A DNA stretch of 64,000 nucleotides from NCBI GenBank assembly GCA_964486505.1, contig CAZAMC010000001.1:26748-90747 (forward strand), given 5' to 3'. Shown here piece by piece: positions 26,795 to 37,093 of this stretch. Every line of letters begins with the position of its first letter. The stretch's first letter is position 1. The DNA comes from an uncultured Gammaproteobacteria bacterium (GTDB lineage: Bacteria; Patescibacteriota; Patescibacteriia; PEXW01). The notes beneath the pieces were generated by a model. It had not been told where the DNA came from and did no database searches. It worked only from the letters and a program-made list of their open reading frames with translations. The position numbers were made by a program, and so were the translations under genes.

Positions 26795-27682
26795 TTACAG
26801 GTCAGCAAGCATGTCTTGGAATGTCGGTACTTGAAGTTTGGGACAAAGATCTTTTACCGTCCCTAAACGACGATCTACAGGTGCCGGGGTAGCCTCTTCA
26901 ATAGTGACGTTCACGTTGTACTTCTGCTTGAAGGCCTGGACCATATCGTACTTCGATACGTCGTTGCTGAAGACGTGGTAAAGACCATTCGTTGGCCACT
27001 GGTTTCGGTTGGTAATAATTGTATGGCAGATCTTGCCGAACTGCTTGGTCGTAATACCGTTCCAGAAGTGGTTGGTAAAGCCTTTAATGGTTTTGCCATC
27101 TTGCTGTTTAAACCATTCGATGAGCGACACGTTGCTGTGCAACTCGGGACCAATGATGGACGTCCGGAGCACCAGACTGCGGTCGGCGGGCTCACCAAGG
27201 GCTTTGGACAGGCCGTAGAGGTCATTTGGTGACTTGGGTGATGCCTCGGTGTAGGGCGCGCCTTCTAGGCCGCTGTATGCGCAGTCTGTTGTAATTTGGA
27301 TGAGCTTTGGGCCGTAGTGCGCGGCGAGGATATGGGGGAAGGCTCCGTTGATGAACAACGTCATGGCCGGGTCTTTGGTGCTGTACGGTTTAATGACACC
27401 GACGGCGTTCACCACCCCGTCAACCTCGCCAACTTCTTTAGTCAGCGCTGCAAACTTTGGGCTCTGGTGGAGTTTACTAAAGCCCTCGAGGTAATCCTGG
27501 TAAAGTTCGGCAACGTCAAACCGAACAAAGCGGTGTTTGCTAACACTGCCGTAGGCATCATCGAGAAGCTTAAGTTTCTCTTCGTCACGCGAGAGCAAGA
27601 TGAGCTCATGTTGAGTACTCAGCACACCGTAGACAGCACTACCTAACATTCCGGTGGGGCCGAAGAGGGCAATGCGGGCCAT
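26795..27682 (-). CDS. NAD(P)-dependent sugar reductase/epimerase, RmlD-like SDR
   Basis: IALFGPTGMLGSAV and YGLSKALGE (YxxxK). Confidence 0.6.
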   Translation of the reverse strand: MARIALFGPTGMLGSAVYGVLSTQHELILLSRDEEKLKLLDDAYGSVSKHRFVRFDVAELYQDYLEGFSKLHQSPKFAALTKEVGEVDGVVNAVGVIKPYSTKDPAMTLFINGAFPHILAAHYGPKLIQITTDCAYSGLEGAPYTEASPKSPNDLYGLSKALGEPADRSLVLRTSIIGPELHSNVSLIEWFKQQDGKTIKGFTNHFWNGITTKQFGKICHTIITNRNQWPTNGLYHVFSNDVSKYDMVQAFKQKYNVNVTIEEATPAPVDRRLGTVKDLCPKLQVPTFQDMLADL

Positions 27683-27684
27683 AC

Positions 27685-28212
27685 TTAGGCTATTTTTTTA
27701 ACGGCGAAAGTGTTGCCGTCAATTTCTGTGGTTTCTACGTCGTACCCTTGGGCCTTGAACTCATCCTGAGAGACCAAGCACTTGTGCGCCTGGTGTGGGT
27801 TGTCATCCATGCCCCAAGCGTGGGCGACGTGCTCTTCATTGGAGTGGAAGTGTTTCGGCGTGTACGCGATAACTGCTTTACGGGCAATACGTTCCATCTC
27901 ACGCAAAAGTTTCATTGCTGCATCTTTCTCAAGGTGCTCCAGCAAGTCAGTACACAAAACCACGTCGTAACTCTTGTCAACAAATACGGATGTTTGCGTA
28001 ACATCGAGTCGAATAGTTGCGTATCGTTGTTTCACGATGTTGAGGTAGCGCTCGTCAATGTCCACGCCAACAATGTTTTTGCACTTTATGTTGCCTTCAT
28101 TTCCAGGGGTGCCAATGAAGTCGGTTGTGGCTTGCATAATGCCGCAACCAATATCAAGTACAGTATCATTCTTCCCGACATGCCGTTGGATTTTTTTGCC
28201 AAGCCAATTCAT
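27685..28212 (-). CDS. Class I SAM-dependent methyltransferase
   Basis: Motif I VLDIGCGIMQ. Acidic post-I motif VLCTDLLEHL. Confidence 0.7.
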   Translation of the reverse strand: MNWLGKKIQRHVGKNDTVLDIGCGIMQATTDFIGTPGNEGNIKCKNIVGVDIDERYLNIVKQRYATIRLDVTQTSVFVDKSYDVVLCTDLLEHLEKDAAMKLLREMERIARKAVIAYTPKHFHSNEEHVAHAWGMDDNPHQAHKCLVSQDEFKAQGYDVETTEIDGNTFAVKKIA

Positions 28213-28215
28213 AGG

Positions 28216-28668
28216 TTAGCGTCCTTTTACCGCCCACACATCGCCGAACTTGTACGGGTCCATACGTTTGTCGTCGTTAATGGACTCCTCAAAGCTGGCT
28301 GTGGATCCACATATGAGGATTGTATTGGGTTCAAGGGAAACCCAGCCATTTGCAAAGCCTGGTGGAACGACAATCACTTGCGGTTTGCGGCTAGAGCTGA
28401 TGAACGTGAACTTTTCGTCGGGATTCTTGGGGTCGAGGGCTACAAACTTTGCCGAGCCGTTGCAAATAGTGAAGATTTTCCACTCGCGTTCATGGAAGTG
28501 GAAGCCGCGCACAACACCCGCGCCGTAGTTGTACACGTAGTAGACCCGCTTCACCTTGAGGTCGGGCGCGTAGGGGAGTTTGTCGGTTTCTTGGAGCCAC
28601 GGTACAAAGGTGCCGCGGTCATCGGAAGAAACTTTCGATTCGTAGATAAATGGTTTTGTGTAGTCCAT
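28216..28668 (-). CDS. FdtA/WxcM-like cupin (dTDP-4-oxo-6-deoxy-hexose 3,4-ketoisomerase family)
   Basis: KRVYYVYNYGAGVVRGFHFHEREWKIFTICNGSAKFVALD aligns to the FdtA core KRVYYIFD...RGFHAHKKLEQVLVCLNGSCRVIL. Confidence 0.6.
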   Translation of the reverse strand: MDYTKPFIYESKVSSDDRGTFVPWLQETDKLPYAPDLKVKRVYYVYNYGAGVVRGFHFHEREWKIFTICNGSAKFVALDPKNPDEKFTFISSSRKPQVIVVPPGFANGWVSLEPNTILICGSTASFEESINDDKRMDPYKFGDVWAVKGR

Positions 28669-28672
28669 AGGT

Positions 28673-29668
28673 CTAAGCTTCTTGGTTGCGGTGAAAACTG
28701 GCGTAGTGGTCAACAATCGCGAGCATGCGCTTCTCATTGCTGTAGAACTCGTGTTCCAGGTCCACGACGCGATTTGCGTTGACGAGCTCCTTCACTTGCT
28801 GAATGCCGTGCAGGATTGTTCGTGCCGTGGTCGTTGGCAAAAGACCCGCAGCGCGCGCTTTCTTTGTATCGGCGTTGTAGTTGCGATTGTCTTGGAATTT
28901 TACGGGTGTGGTTTCAATGTTGCATCCCGTTTCCTGTTGAATTTGCTTCGCCAAGTCAATAATCGTAATGTTTTGGGTTGCTAAGTTATGGATTCCGGTT
29001 TGTTCCTTATTCAGGGCATCGACAATGAATTCACCAATGTCGTTCACGTGGATGAAGGGCCGCCACTGAGCACCGCCAAAGACCTTGAGGCTGCCTTTCT
29101 TGATGGCGTTCATGGTCATGTAGTTCACGGCCAGGTCCATGCGGATGCGTGAGTAGGTGTCGGATATGCCAAAGGCTGTTCCCAGCCGGAAAATGAGGGC
29201 ATTCTTATCTTTCAAGAAACTTTCGGCCGCGAGTTTCGTCTTGGCGTACACCGAGAGGGGATTTGTGGCCGAATCTTCAGTTACTGGCTTATCGTTTGCC
29301 CCGTACACCGAACAGGTTGAAAGAAAAATAATCCGGCCGTCAAAGTTTTTGGAAAGCCATTCCACCGCGTCTTGGTTGATTTGTTTGGTGAGTTCCGGAT
29401 TAATGGCGCAGGCACCGTCGCCTACCAGTGCCGCTAACCAAATAACGTGCGTGTATGACGAGAGGACTCGCTTGAGTTTCTCGCCATCGCGAACATCCCC
29501 GTATATGAAGTCCACGGGCTTAAGGTAGTGATTTTCGTAGGTGAGGTTGTCGTATACAGAAAAAGGAATGCCCTTGGCAAGGAGGGCCTCTGTTGTACCG
29601 CCACCGATGTAACCCGCACCGCCAACCACGAGGACTTTCATACTCATAGGATAGTAAAACAAAGCCAA
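28673..29668 (-). CDS. NAD-dependent epimerase/dehydratase (GalE-like SDR)
   Basis: MKVLVVGGAGYIGGGT. Catalytic YAKTKLAAE (YxxxK). Exact start uncertain (M1, M8 or M10). Confidence 0.7.
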   Translation of the reverse strand: MALFYYPMSMKVLVVGGAGYIGGGTTEALLAKGIPFSVYDNLTYENHYLKPVDFIYGDVRDGEKLKRVLSSYTHVIWLAALVGDGACAINPELTKQINQDAVEWLSKNFDGRIIFLSTCSVYGANDKPVTEDSATNPLSVYAKTKLAAESFLKDKNALIFRLGTAFGISDTYSRIRMDLAVNYMTMNAIKKGSLKVFGGAQWRPFIHVNDIGEFIVDALNKEQTGIHNLATQNITIIDLAKQIQQETGCNIETTPVKFQDNRNYNADTKKARAAGLLPTTTARTILHGIQQVKELVNANRVVDLEHEFYSNEKRMLAIVDHYASFHRNQEA

Positions 29669-29684
29669 CGGCGAAGCGTGGGAA

Positions 29685-30923
29685 TCATACCAAGTTGAGG
29701 ATTTTCGTCAATTTCTGAGCATTCTTGCGGGCGTCGTGGTTTTCCTGGAAGCTGCGCAGTGCATTCGTAATGTACTCTTGTCCTTTTGCGGGATTGCGCA
29801 AAAAAGTTCGGATTGCTTCCGCGAGTGTGCGTGGGTCATTTTGGTCAACGACCAAGCCCAGGTTGTGCTGCCGGGCGTAGGCGCAAACAAAAGCGTAGTT
29901 AGGGGCGTGGATGAGCATGGGCCTGCCCGAAGCTAAGTAATCTGTAAATTTGCCGGGTGTGGCGGTAGCAATGATCTCCGGTGCCTGCGTATTCCAGGCC
30001 AGGGGCAGGAAGAGGAGTGTGGCAGCCGACTGGATAGCTGGCATCTCGGCTTGGCTAGCGGCCCCTAGCCAAATATTTTTCTTGCCCGCCACCGCTTGGC
30101 GTATAGCGACTGTGGGGGTGGGGCTGTAGAGCTTTAGTTGAACGGGAATATCCTGCAGGTACTCCAAAGCGTGAATGAGATTGAGTACCGATTGTTCCTG
30201 TGCCCAGTACACGTTACCGGTAAAGGTAATAGTGAATGGTGGCTTCGGGTCGTACTGTGGTTGGGCTGTAAATAGCTCTGGAAAAGTTGCGTTGTGCACA
30301 ACGGCAGTGACAATTTTTGTGCCGTACCGTTGGTGGTAGAGTTGTTCAGTGCCTTCGTTAGTAAGGACAACGTACTTGGCATGGGTAAAAAGCCGACGTT
30401 CGATGAGTTTTGCTAGTAGGTTGTCGGAAAAGGAAAAATTGTTCCCGCGGTAGAGGTCAAAGAGGTAGAGCACGTACGGCCGGCCGGTAAAAAAGCTCGT
30501 AATCCCCGCTGCAATGAGCGCCGGTCCGTGGTCTGATATGCCCAAAATTATTGAGCACCTATCTCGCCGGACAATGCGGATAGCTTTTCGGGCCATGAGA
30601 AAGATTTTAATCGGAGTGGCAAAGTACGCCACCAGCGTGCGGATGCCAAACGGATATCGTGTTCCTGGGTTTGCGTCTGTGGGAACGGCGCCGCTTGGTT
30701 GCCAAGGGCCCGGGGGCAGTGGCTTGTCGAAGTACTCGTACTGCCCGGCGAGTGCGCTTCCTGACGTAAGGCCGGGAGTGTGCGTGGCCTGGTAGCTGGT
30801 GAGAATGCTGTAGCTATTGTTTGGAAATTGCGAAAAGAGGTTGTACATATTCTGAGGGCCGCCGACCATTGGCGGCGCCCAGCTTGTGACAACGAGAACT
30901 CGCTGGTGATCAGGCGTACTCAC
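29685..30923 (-). CDS. Glycosyltransferase, GT-B fold (family 1/4-like), divergent
   Basis: 412 aa. The C-terminal region PGKFTDYLASGRPMLIHAPNYAFV resembles the GT4 donor-binding segment. The N-terminus is unusual. Confidence 0.5.
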   Translation of the reverse strand: MSTPDHQRVLVVTSWAPPMVGGPQNMYNLFSQFPNNSYSILTSYQATHTPGLTSGSALAGQYEYFDKPLPPGPWQPSGAVPTDANPGTRYPFGIRTLVAYFATPIKIFLMARKAIRIVRRDRCSIILGISDHGPALIAAGITSFFTGRPYVLYLFDLYRGNNFSFSDNLLAKLIERRLFTHAKYVVLTNEGTEQLYHQRYGTKIVTAVVHNATFPELFTAQPQYDPKPPFTITFTGNVYWAQEQSVLNLIHALEYLQDIPVQLKLYSPTPTVAIRQAVAGKKNIWLGAASQAEMPAIQSAATLLFLPLAWNTQAPEIIATATPGKFTDYLASGRPMLIHAPNYAFVCAYARQHNLGLVVDQNDPRTLAEAIRTFLRNPAKGQEYITNALRSFQENHDARKNAQKLTKILNLV

Positions 30924-32106
30924 GGTACATTTGGGTTAGCGTACGGGTATGGTTCTCCCAGGAAAGAGTGCGCGCGGTTTCTTGGCCCGCCTGCACAAGT
31001 GCCCGCCGACGGTCTGGTGATTGGGCAAGCTCGGTCACCGCAGAGTCTAGGGCCTTTTGGTCATCAGGTTGGATGACGATAGCATCGGTGCCTGGTCGCA
31101 GGTATTCCACCAGGCCAATGCCGCTCGTGCATACTACGGCACAACCGTAGGTCATGGCTTCCAGGCAGGCCATGGAGAAACTTTCAAGTACGCTTGGATG
31201 TACAAGAATGTCTGCATTTCGGTAGAGCTCGATCATGTCTTGGGATGAAGCTGTTCCGTAGAAGGTTACCCACTGCGCCACGTGAAGCTCTCGCGTAAGT
31301 TGTCGAAGTTCTTTGGCCTGTGCGCCTTCGCCGACGATCGTTAGCGTGGCAGGAAGTTTACGTGCAGTGCGCAGGTGCGCCAGTGTACGAATAGACATGG
31401 CAAAGCGTTTTTCGGGAGCCAGAAAGCCAACAGAAAGAAGGTGGATGTCTGCTGAGGGTTTGTGCGTTGGTGCCGCTGGATCCGGGAGGGAGGTTGGCGA
31501 AATACCGTTGGGTAACGATTGGAAGTTCTGGCGCACACCGTGGTCTGTGTAGGAATTCGCCGCAAGCTTTGAAACCGAAAAGCATTTATGCATACCATTG
31601 ATATTCGCAATTGCACTTTCTACTACGGCGGCGCCAAAGTTGTTTCTGTGGTTCTCGTACACACCGTGCAGCGTGAAGAGCGAGGGTATGCCAAGGGCTG
31701 TGGCGATGGGGGCGGCCTCATCGCCCACATATACTTCGTGGCCGTGGACGAGTGAAAATGCTTCAGTGGCATGAAGTCGTCTCGCCATTGCGAGCAATCG
31801 GCGTGCATTGCGCTGTTTGTTGAGCGTAAATTCTGTATGCTTACTTATGATGTGTAGGGCTTCAAGCCCAACGATCCACCACGGGTATGTCGGCAAAGAG
31901 TAAATGGTGATACCACCTTCTTTGCGGACTCTGGGTTGGTGTAGCTGCAAGCGCTTGGTGTACCAGATAAAGTGTGTCGTGAGAACTGTAATCTCAAATT
32001 CTGCAGCAATACGCTCCAGGGGCTTCTGCACAAAATTTCCTAGGTACTTGTTCGCCGCGGTCGGGTAGAGTTCAGTGATGATGAGTAGTCGTTGACGTTT
32101 AGGCAT
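30910..32106 (-). CDS. Glycosyltransferase family 4
   Basis: VHPSVLESFSMACLEAMTYGCAVVCT is the E-x7-E motif region. Start placed at MPKRQRLLIITELYP to avoid a long overlap with the Wzx gene. Confidence 0.75.
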   Translation of the reverse strand: MPKRQRLLIITELYPTAANKYLGNFVQKPLERIAAEFEITVLTTHFIWYTKRLQLHQPRVRKEGGITIYSLPTYPWWIVGLEALHIISKHTEFTLNKQRNARRLLAMARRLHATEAFSLVHGHEVYVGDEAAPIATALGIPSLFTLHGVYENHRNNFGAAVVESAIANINGMHKCFSVSKLAANSYTDHGVRQNFQSLPNGISPTSLPDPAAPTHKPSADIHLLSVGFLAPEKRFAMSIRTLAHLRTARKLPATLTIVGEGAQAKELRQLTRELHVAQWVTFYGTASSQDMIELYRNADILVHPSVLESFSMACLEAMTYGCAVVCTSGIGLVEYLRPGTDAIVIQPDDQKALDSAVTELAQSPDRRRALVQAGQETARTLSWENHTRTLTQMYREYA

Positions 32107-33454
32107 TGGATGTTTGCTGGTCTTGGAGCTTCCGGAGTGTATAGAAAATTCGGATAAAACCCACCAGGTTGACAAGAACAATAGTTACTGTGGTTACACC
32201 CACGGCACCCATGTTCCCGTAGCGGGGGATAAAAATAAGGTTGCCAATGATGTGTAGAAAAAGCTGAACAACGGTTACGATCGCTAAGAATTTTTCCTGC
32301 TGCATGACGAGCAAGAAGTTGACAACTGGATTTAGCAGCAAACTCACAACAAAGCCCCCAAGCATTAAGGCCAGCACTGGCATGGAAGCGTCGAATTTAT
32401 TTTGAAATACCAGGTGGACAAGCGGCCGAATGGCAAAAAATGTTGGGATGGTGGCAATGGTAAGGAGGGTAGATACTCGGCTGACCGTTTTTATGGCGTT
32501 GCGAAAGTCCTCGTACTTCTGCAACTGTGACATCTTCGGGAGGAGAATGGTGTTCACCGTGCTCAGCACGAGGAGGTAGGCAGTGTAAATTGAATTCGCA
32601 AATGAGTAGAGCGCAACTTCTTTCAGTGAGACGTACGACGTGAGCATGAACACATCGAGTTTGAGAAAAATAAAGGTAGCGGTGGTCATGACCACCACCC
32701 ACTTGCTATACCGCAGAATGGCGCGGAGGGTTTCTTTCGGGATTGGTTTTCGGGGAATGCGCGCTAAGTTTGACGTGAAGTAGAAGATCACGCTGGCAAT
32801 AAAAATGCACAACATGAGGCCCAGAGTGAAGGTGACGTACCCTTTGGCTGTGAGTACGTTAAGGGCTTTCAGAGCGAATACGCCGGCAGTCCCGAGTGCT
32901 GCCTGAGCAATCGTAATGACGGCATAGAGCCGGAAGCGCTGCTGGGCTTGAAAAATGGTTTGGTAAAACGAGGTGAGTAAGGTAAGAGCAACCCCTGCCC
33001 CAGCAAGCTGGATGTAGGGGATGAGTTCAGGCTTGTTGAAAAAGAGATCATTTACCTGAGCTGCAAAAAAACCAAGCACCAAGAGGGCAGTCGCCGCGAG
33101 AATGAGCTGTATCCGGAGGACGGAACGGAGAATCCCCTTCGCTACTCCGGGGTCACTGGCTAAGAACTGGCTGACAAATCGGACGGTCACGGTATTCATG
33201 CCGCCGAGGATGATACCCGACGCCAGGGTGACCACATTGTTGTAGATTGCCAATGTGCCTAACGCGCTGTAGTCCAGGACCCGCTGGATGACCAAGACCC
33301 CAACCAGGCTTACAACGGTGCCAACAACGTTTGCAATAAAGACGGTAGAAGTATCCCGAAACGCTTTCGTTTGGAAGAAAGAAAAGTACGTTCGCAAGTG
33401 GTGGCGAATGCCAGTTGGGGGATGTACAGCCTGGTTTTGCGATTCCAAAGGCAT
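32099..33454 (-). CDS. Polysaccharide/oligosaccharide flippase, MOP superfamily (Wzx-like)
   Basis: About 12-14 TM helices with Wzx-like architecture. Start chosen at MPLESQ so as not to overlap the divergent gene at 33535. Confidence 0.6.
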   Translation of the reverse strand: MPLESQNQAVHPPTGIRHHLRTYFSFFQTKAFRDTSTVFIANVVGTVVSLVGVLVIQRVLDYSALGTLAIYNNVVTLASGIILGGMNTVTVRFVSQFLASDPGVAKGILRSVLRIQLILAATALLVLGFFAAQVNDLFFNKPELIPYIQLAGAGVALTLLTSFYQTIFQAQQRFRLYAVITIAQAALGTAGVFALKALNVLTAKGYVTFTLGLMLCIFIASVIFYFTSNLARIPRKPIPKETLRAILRYSKWVVVMTTATFIFLKLDVFMLTSYVSLKEVALYSFANSIYTAYLLVLSTVNTILLPKMSQLQKYEDFRNAIKTVSRVSTLLTIATIPTFFAIRPLVHLVFQNKFDASMPVLALMLGGFVVSLLLNPVVNFLLVMQQEKFLAIVTVVQLFLHIIGNLIFIPRYGNMGAVGVTTVTIVLVNLVGFIRIFYTLRKLQDQQTSNA

Positions 33455-33534
33455 AGGTATTCGGTGTTCAATACTGTACCATAAAGCTGTAAATTTCCTA
33501 CTTTTCTTGAGGGTATAAGTATGGTAACCTTTGG

Positions 33535-35466
33535 ATGATTTTAGCGCGTATGGACATGCTACAACGGTTGAAACCCGCAGCCTTCGGAATACTCCGTGCA
33601 CACTGGCGCAGGACGGCAGCAGTGTTCACTGCTGTTGCTTTAGTGAGTGCAAGTACCTCGTACGTTCTTCTTGTTGTCGTTGAGCGGATAATTCCGGGCG
33701 CCGTGAGCCGGTATGTCGCCTTGCCCACACTCGGGTACATTGTGGTGGCCTTCTTTATCCTCACCTACGTCTTTGCGCTACCCGGGCCTACCACAAGTGT
33801 CGTAGCAGGGAGAACACTCCGGCGACAGGTAGTTGCCAGCGTAATTGCGGTGACAGCATTCGTGATATTTCTGCTTGTCCTTGGGAGCGGCTTGGTTGGG
33901 TGGCTGTGTGCAGTTCTGGCCGCTGCGCTTGCATTGGCCCTCAGTCTTCAAGATGGCTCATTCCTCCCTTCGTTGCAGGTTCCTGGCCAGTCGCGGACTG
34001 CTCAACTTTTCTCTCAGTGCCTAGGGGCGGTGCCCGTCGTTGGCTTCCTCATTTTCTTAGGGTGGGTCGCCAATGAAAATTTGGCGTTTACCGGGGTACA
34101 CAGAATAGAAATTGCTAATCCCATTCACGCACCCCGCTCGGTGCAGTTTAATCCGGCGTACGAATTGGGCATGCTGCGTGATGGAAGCACTACCGTAACA
34201 AGACCATTTCGGGACCGCATAGATTTTTCGGCCACCCTGCCCCGAGGTTTTGACACGGTAGAACTTTCTCTTGCGTACCAATCGGATGCTTCCACCACTA
34301 TTTCCCTTCAGGCAGGGGGGTCCTTGAACCATGGTGAGCAAAACGTAACTTTCCGGCATCCCCAGCTTGTGCCCGGAGATCGTAAAGTTTTACTAGAAGG
34401 CGATGATGGTCGAGTGTACGTGCCCAATGATTTTCCAAGCAGTCCAGAAGACTTTTGGCGTACAACCTTCTCACACGAAAAAACCATTGGCATTGGCCCT
34501 CGGCCCGCCAACCTCATTGTACTCCCTTCCACATTTGCTGATTACCAAAAGTTCCAGAATGTACCTATAGAAGTCCGCGGAAGTTTTTCGATTACGGCCC
34601 TCCTGGGGCCGAAGAGCAGCTCGCTGACTTTCGTAAAGAGGGACCTCAACTACTCCGCGGGTGACGATACCTTGTCCCTTACGCTCCTTGGTCCGAATAA
34701 CTTTAGTTTAACGCAGTCCATTGGAGATAGTGATAGGGCCAAAGCTGGAGACTTTGCCGCAAACGAGGAAGAAATTTCGGTGTCTTTACCTGCTTTGCCG
34801 ACCGGAATTTACGTGATGAAGTTTTCTGCGAACAACGTTGATAGTGTTGTTCATCACGTGCGGTATTATGGGGGCGAGCCCCAGCTCAGCGGGGACATTT
34901 TTTTCGCCGATTCGCAAGATCAAGTCTCCCTCTACACCCAATGTTCGTCAGTGATTTTTGAAGCCGTGAAGCAGTCTGGCACGCAATCGGTTACCGTGGG
35001 GGGAAAAGTTGTTAGCGTTGCTACACCAAAGCAGCCAGTGAAGCACGCCCTGTCCGCGGGTACGCCGAGTATTGTCATTGCTCATGGGGGGATTGCCGTA
35101 CGGTCAAAGTGCGGGTTTCAATTGCAACCTGAACTTGCGTGGCGATTGAAGTACGACGAATTCCTGAAGAACTTTAAAGTCGTATCATCACCGCTGGCGG
35201 CAAATCTTGTGGCTTCCCCAGTTATTCTGGATAGTTTTAAGCTGCCCGCAACGAAAGGCGAAGCGTTAGTGGCCTCGGTGACGTTTGATACGAAAGAGTT
35301 GGTAATACGTAATCGGACAATCAACTTTACGATTAGCGCCCCAAATGCTTCCACGAAAGATGGACATTACCTACACGTGAAGTCCATAACCATCACTGCT
35401 CGGCGAGCTCCTTTTCAACTTTCGGATATTGCAAAAGCAGTACAACAGTTTGGAGCATCGAAATGA
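33535..35466 (+). CDS. Hypothetical large membrane protein (N-terminal TM bundle, about 450-aa extracytoplasmic domain)
   Basis: 4-5 N-terminal TM helices, then a soluble, beta-rich-looking domain. No motif recognised. Confidence 0.45.
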   Translation: MILARMDMLQRLKPAAFGILRAHWRRTAAVFTAVALVSASTSYVLLVVVERIIPGAVSRYVALPTLGYIVVAFFILTYVFALPGPTTSVVAGRTLRRQVVASVIAVTAFVIFLLVLGSGLVGWLCAVLAAALALALSLQDGSFLPSLQVPGQSRTAQLFSQCLGAVPVVGFLIFLGWVANENLAFTGVHRIEIANPIHAPRSVQFNPAYELGMLRDGSTTVTRPFRDRIDFSATLPRGFDTVELSLAYQSDASTTISLQAGGSLNHGEQNVTFRHPQLVPGDRKVLLEGDDGRVYVPNDFPSSPEDFWRTTFSHEKTIGIGPRPANLIVLPSTFADYQKFQNVPIEVRGSFSITALLGPKSSSLTFVKRDLNYSAGDDTLSLTLLGPNNFSLTQSIGDSDRAKAGDFAANEEEISVSLPALPTGIYVMKFSANNVDSVVHHVRYYGGEPQLSGDIFFADSQDQVSLYTQCSSVIFEAVKQSGTQSVTVGGKVVSVATPKQPVKHALSAGTPSIVIAHGGIAVRSKCGFQLQPELAWRLKYDEFLKNFKVVSSPLAANLVASPVILDSFKLPATKGEALVASVTFDTKELVIRNRTINFTISAPNASTKDGHYLHVKSITITARRAPFQLSDIAKAVQQFGASK

Positions 35467-35499
35467 AAATTCCTCCTGGGTGCACAGGAGGAATTATTT

Positions 35500-36582
35500 C
35501 TAGAGAGCAAGTTTTTGAGCGATAAATTCTGCTGCCGCGAGAGCCGCAGTGAACCCTGGGGATTCGTAGCCGAAGACGTGCAGGGCACGATCATGCAAGT
35601 GGAAGACAAAGTCTCCACTGGCAGATTTTGTTCGAATGCCAGCCGGTCCTAGCGCGAGTTGAACGTCGTGGACGCCTGGCCAGAACGGTGCCACCCGATC
35701 CCGGAAGAATTCCAGGGCTGCACGGGGGACGCTATCTCCATAGTCATCCGGGTGTTGCACAGCAACCGTGTTTGGCCCTAGCAGGAGCCGGCCATCAACG
35801 GTTGGCGTAATGTGGACACCCAGCCCGCCCTCGCCTGGCCGGGGTGTGGGGTACACCAGGGAGTGAAAGCGTCCTTGGTTTCCGCCAACAACTTCGGCGT
35901 ACTCGCCTCGCACGTAGTGCACAGGGTGATGCACCCCGCACCATCGAGCTACAGCTTGCGCGTGCGTTCCGGCCGCGTTAATGAGCAGGTCCGCGCGTAC
36001 GGCACCGTGCGGGGTTTGCAGTTCCCATACCGAAGAAGTTCGCGTTACGGCGGTGACAGGCGCTGAAAAAGTGAAGGTTGCACCAGCAGCGCGGGCGTCA
36101 TTGAAGATTTCCGCCACGTACTGTTCTCGATCAACAATGGCAACGTCATCTGCAACGATGCCAACGAGCCCTCGAACGTGCGGCTCGCGTTGGCGTATCT
36201 GCCAGGGTGATAAAACATCGAGGTGGATGCCTAGTCGCTTGCCCTGCCGAAGAATTCTGAGGAATTCTGGCGCTTGTTGAAATGCCGAAAGCCCATCACG
36301 CCAGGTGCCGGTGATGAGCATGCCGCTTTGCTTTACCGCAATGCGTTTTTGCCTGCAGAAGTCTAGGGCGTACTGGTGACCGCGCTGGGCCAGGGCAGCT
36401 TTGAGTGAGCCAGGTTTCAGGTGCATGCCCGCATGCAGCACGCCGCTGTTGTGCTTGCTGGTTACTAGGCCGGGGCCGGCTTGTTCTTCGAGTACGGTGA
36501 CGTTGTGTATGGGGTAGCGTTGACGCACGTGGCGGGCAATAGCACACCCGAGTACGCCAGCACCAATGATGACAATGTGCAT
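35500..36582 (-). CDS. FAD-dependent oxidoreductase, L-2-hydroxyglutarate oxidase (LhgO)-like
   Basis: MHIVIIGAGVLGCAIA (GxGxxG). HNSGVLHAGMHLKPGSLKA closely matches E. coli LhgO HNSGVIHAGVYYTPGSLKA. Confidence 0.7.
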   Translation of the reverse strand: MHIVIIGAGVLGCAIARHVRQRYPIHNVTVLEEQAGPGLVTSKHNSGVLHAGMHLKPGSLKAALAQRGHQYALDFCRQKRIAVKQSGMLITGTWRDGLSAFQQAPEFLRILRQGKRLGIHLDVLSPWQIRQREPHVRGLVGIVADDVAIVDREQYVAEIFNDARAAGATFTFSAPVTAVTRTSSVWELQTPHGAVRADLLINAAGTHAQAVARWCGVHHPVHYVRGEYAEVVGGNQGRFHSLVYPTPRPGEGGLGVHITPTVDGRLLLGPNTVAVQHPDDYGDSVPRAALEFFRDRVAPFWPGVHDVQLALGPAGIRTKSASGDFVFHLHDRALHVFGYESPGFTAALAAAEFIAQKLAL

Positions 36583-36663
36583 TGTGTCTCCTTGCTTTTC
36601 GTATGTTTTCCTCGTACCCTATCAGTAGTTCACACCCCCGTCAACGATTTAACGCACGCACGT

Positions 36664-37092
36664 ATGTCTGTCACCCTTGCGCACGCAGAACCGGCGAAAA
36701 AAGTTACTACCTACACCGCTGACCGCACTGAAAATGGTTTTCTCGTAGAGCTTTATAAAGACGGCGATAAAACCGTTGCCTACCTTACGGCAGCGCAGCC
36801 CGGAGCTTTTAAGGGGTACCACCTCCACCGCGTTCGCGCCGCCCGGTACGTGTGCATCCGCGGCAAGATGCGAATCATTCTGTATAAGGACAAGCAGCGC
36901 GAAGAGCATATCCTTGATGCGTCGCAGCCTAGCCGGCTGTTTATCCCGCCCCAGGTGGCAACCGGTTTAGAGAACATCGGCGATGAAGAGGCCTGGCTTA
37001 TTAACTACCCTGACCCGGCGTACGACCCGTCTTTGAAGGACGAGCAAGTTGAGTACACGCAAGCAGAGCTCGAGCAGGGGATAGTGAAGTAG
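36664..37092 (+). CDS. FdtA/WxcM-like cupin (sugar 3,4-ketoisomerase family), second paralogue
   Basis: NGFLVELY...KGYHLHRVRAARYVCIRGKMRIIL aligns with the FdtA core RGFHAHKKLEQVLVCLNGSCRVIL. Confidence 0.55.
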   Translation: MSVTLAHAEPAKKVTTYTADRTENGFLVELYKDGDKTVAYLTAAQPGAFKGYHLHRVRAARYVCIRGKMRIILYKDKQREEHILDASQPSRLFIPPQVATGLENIGDEEAWLINYPDPAYDPSLKDEQVEYTQAELEQGIVK

Positions 37093-37093
37093 C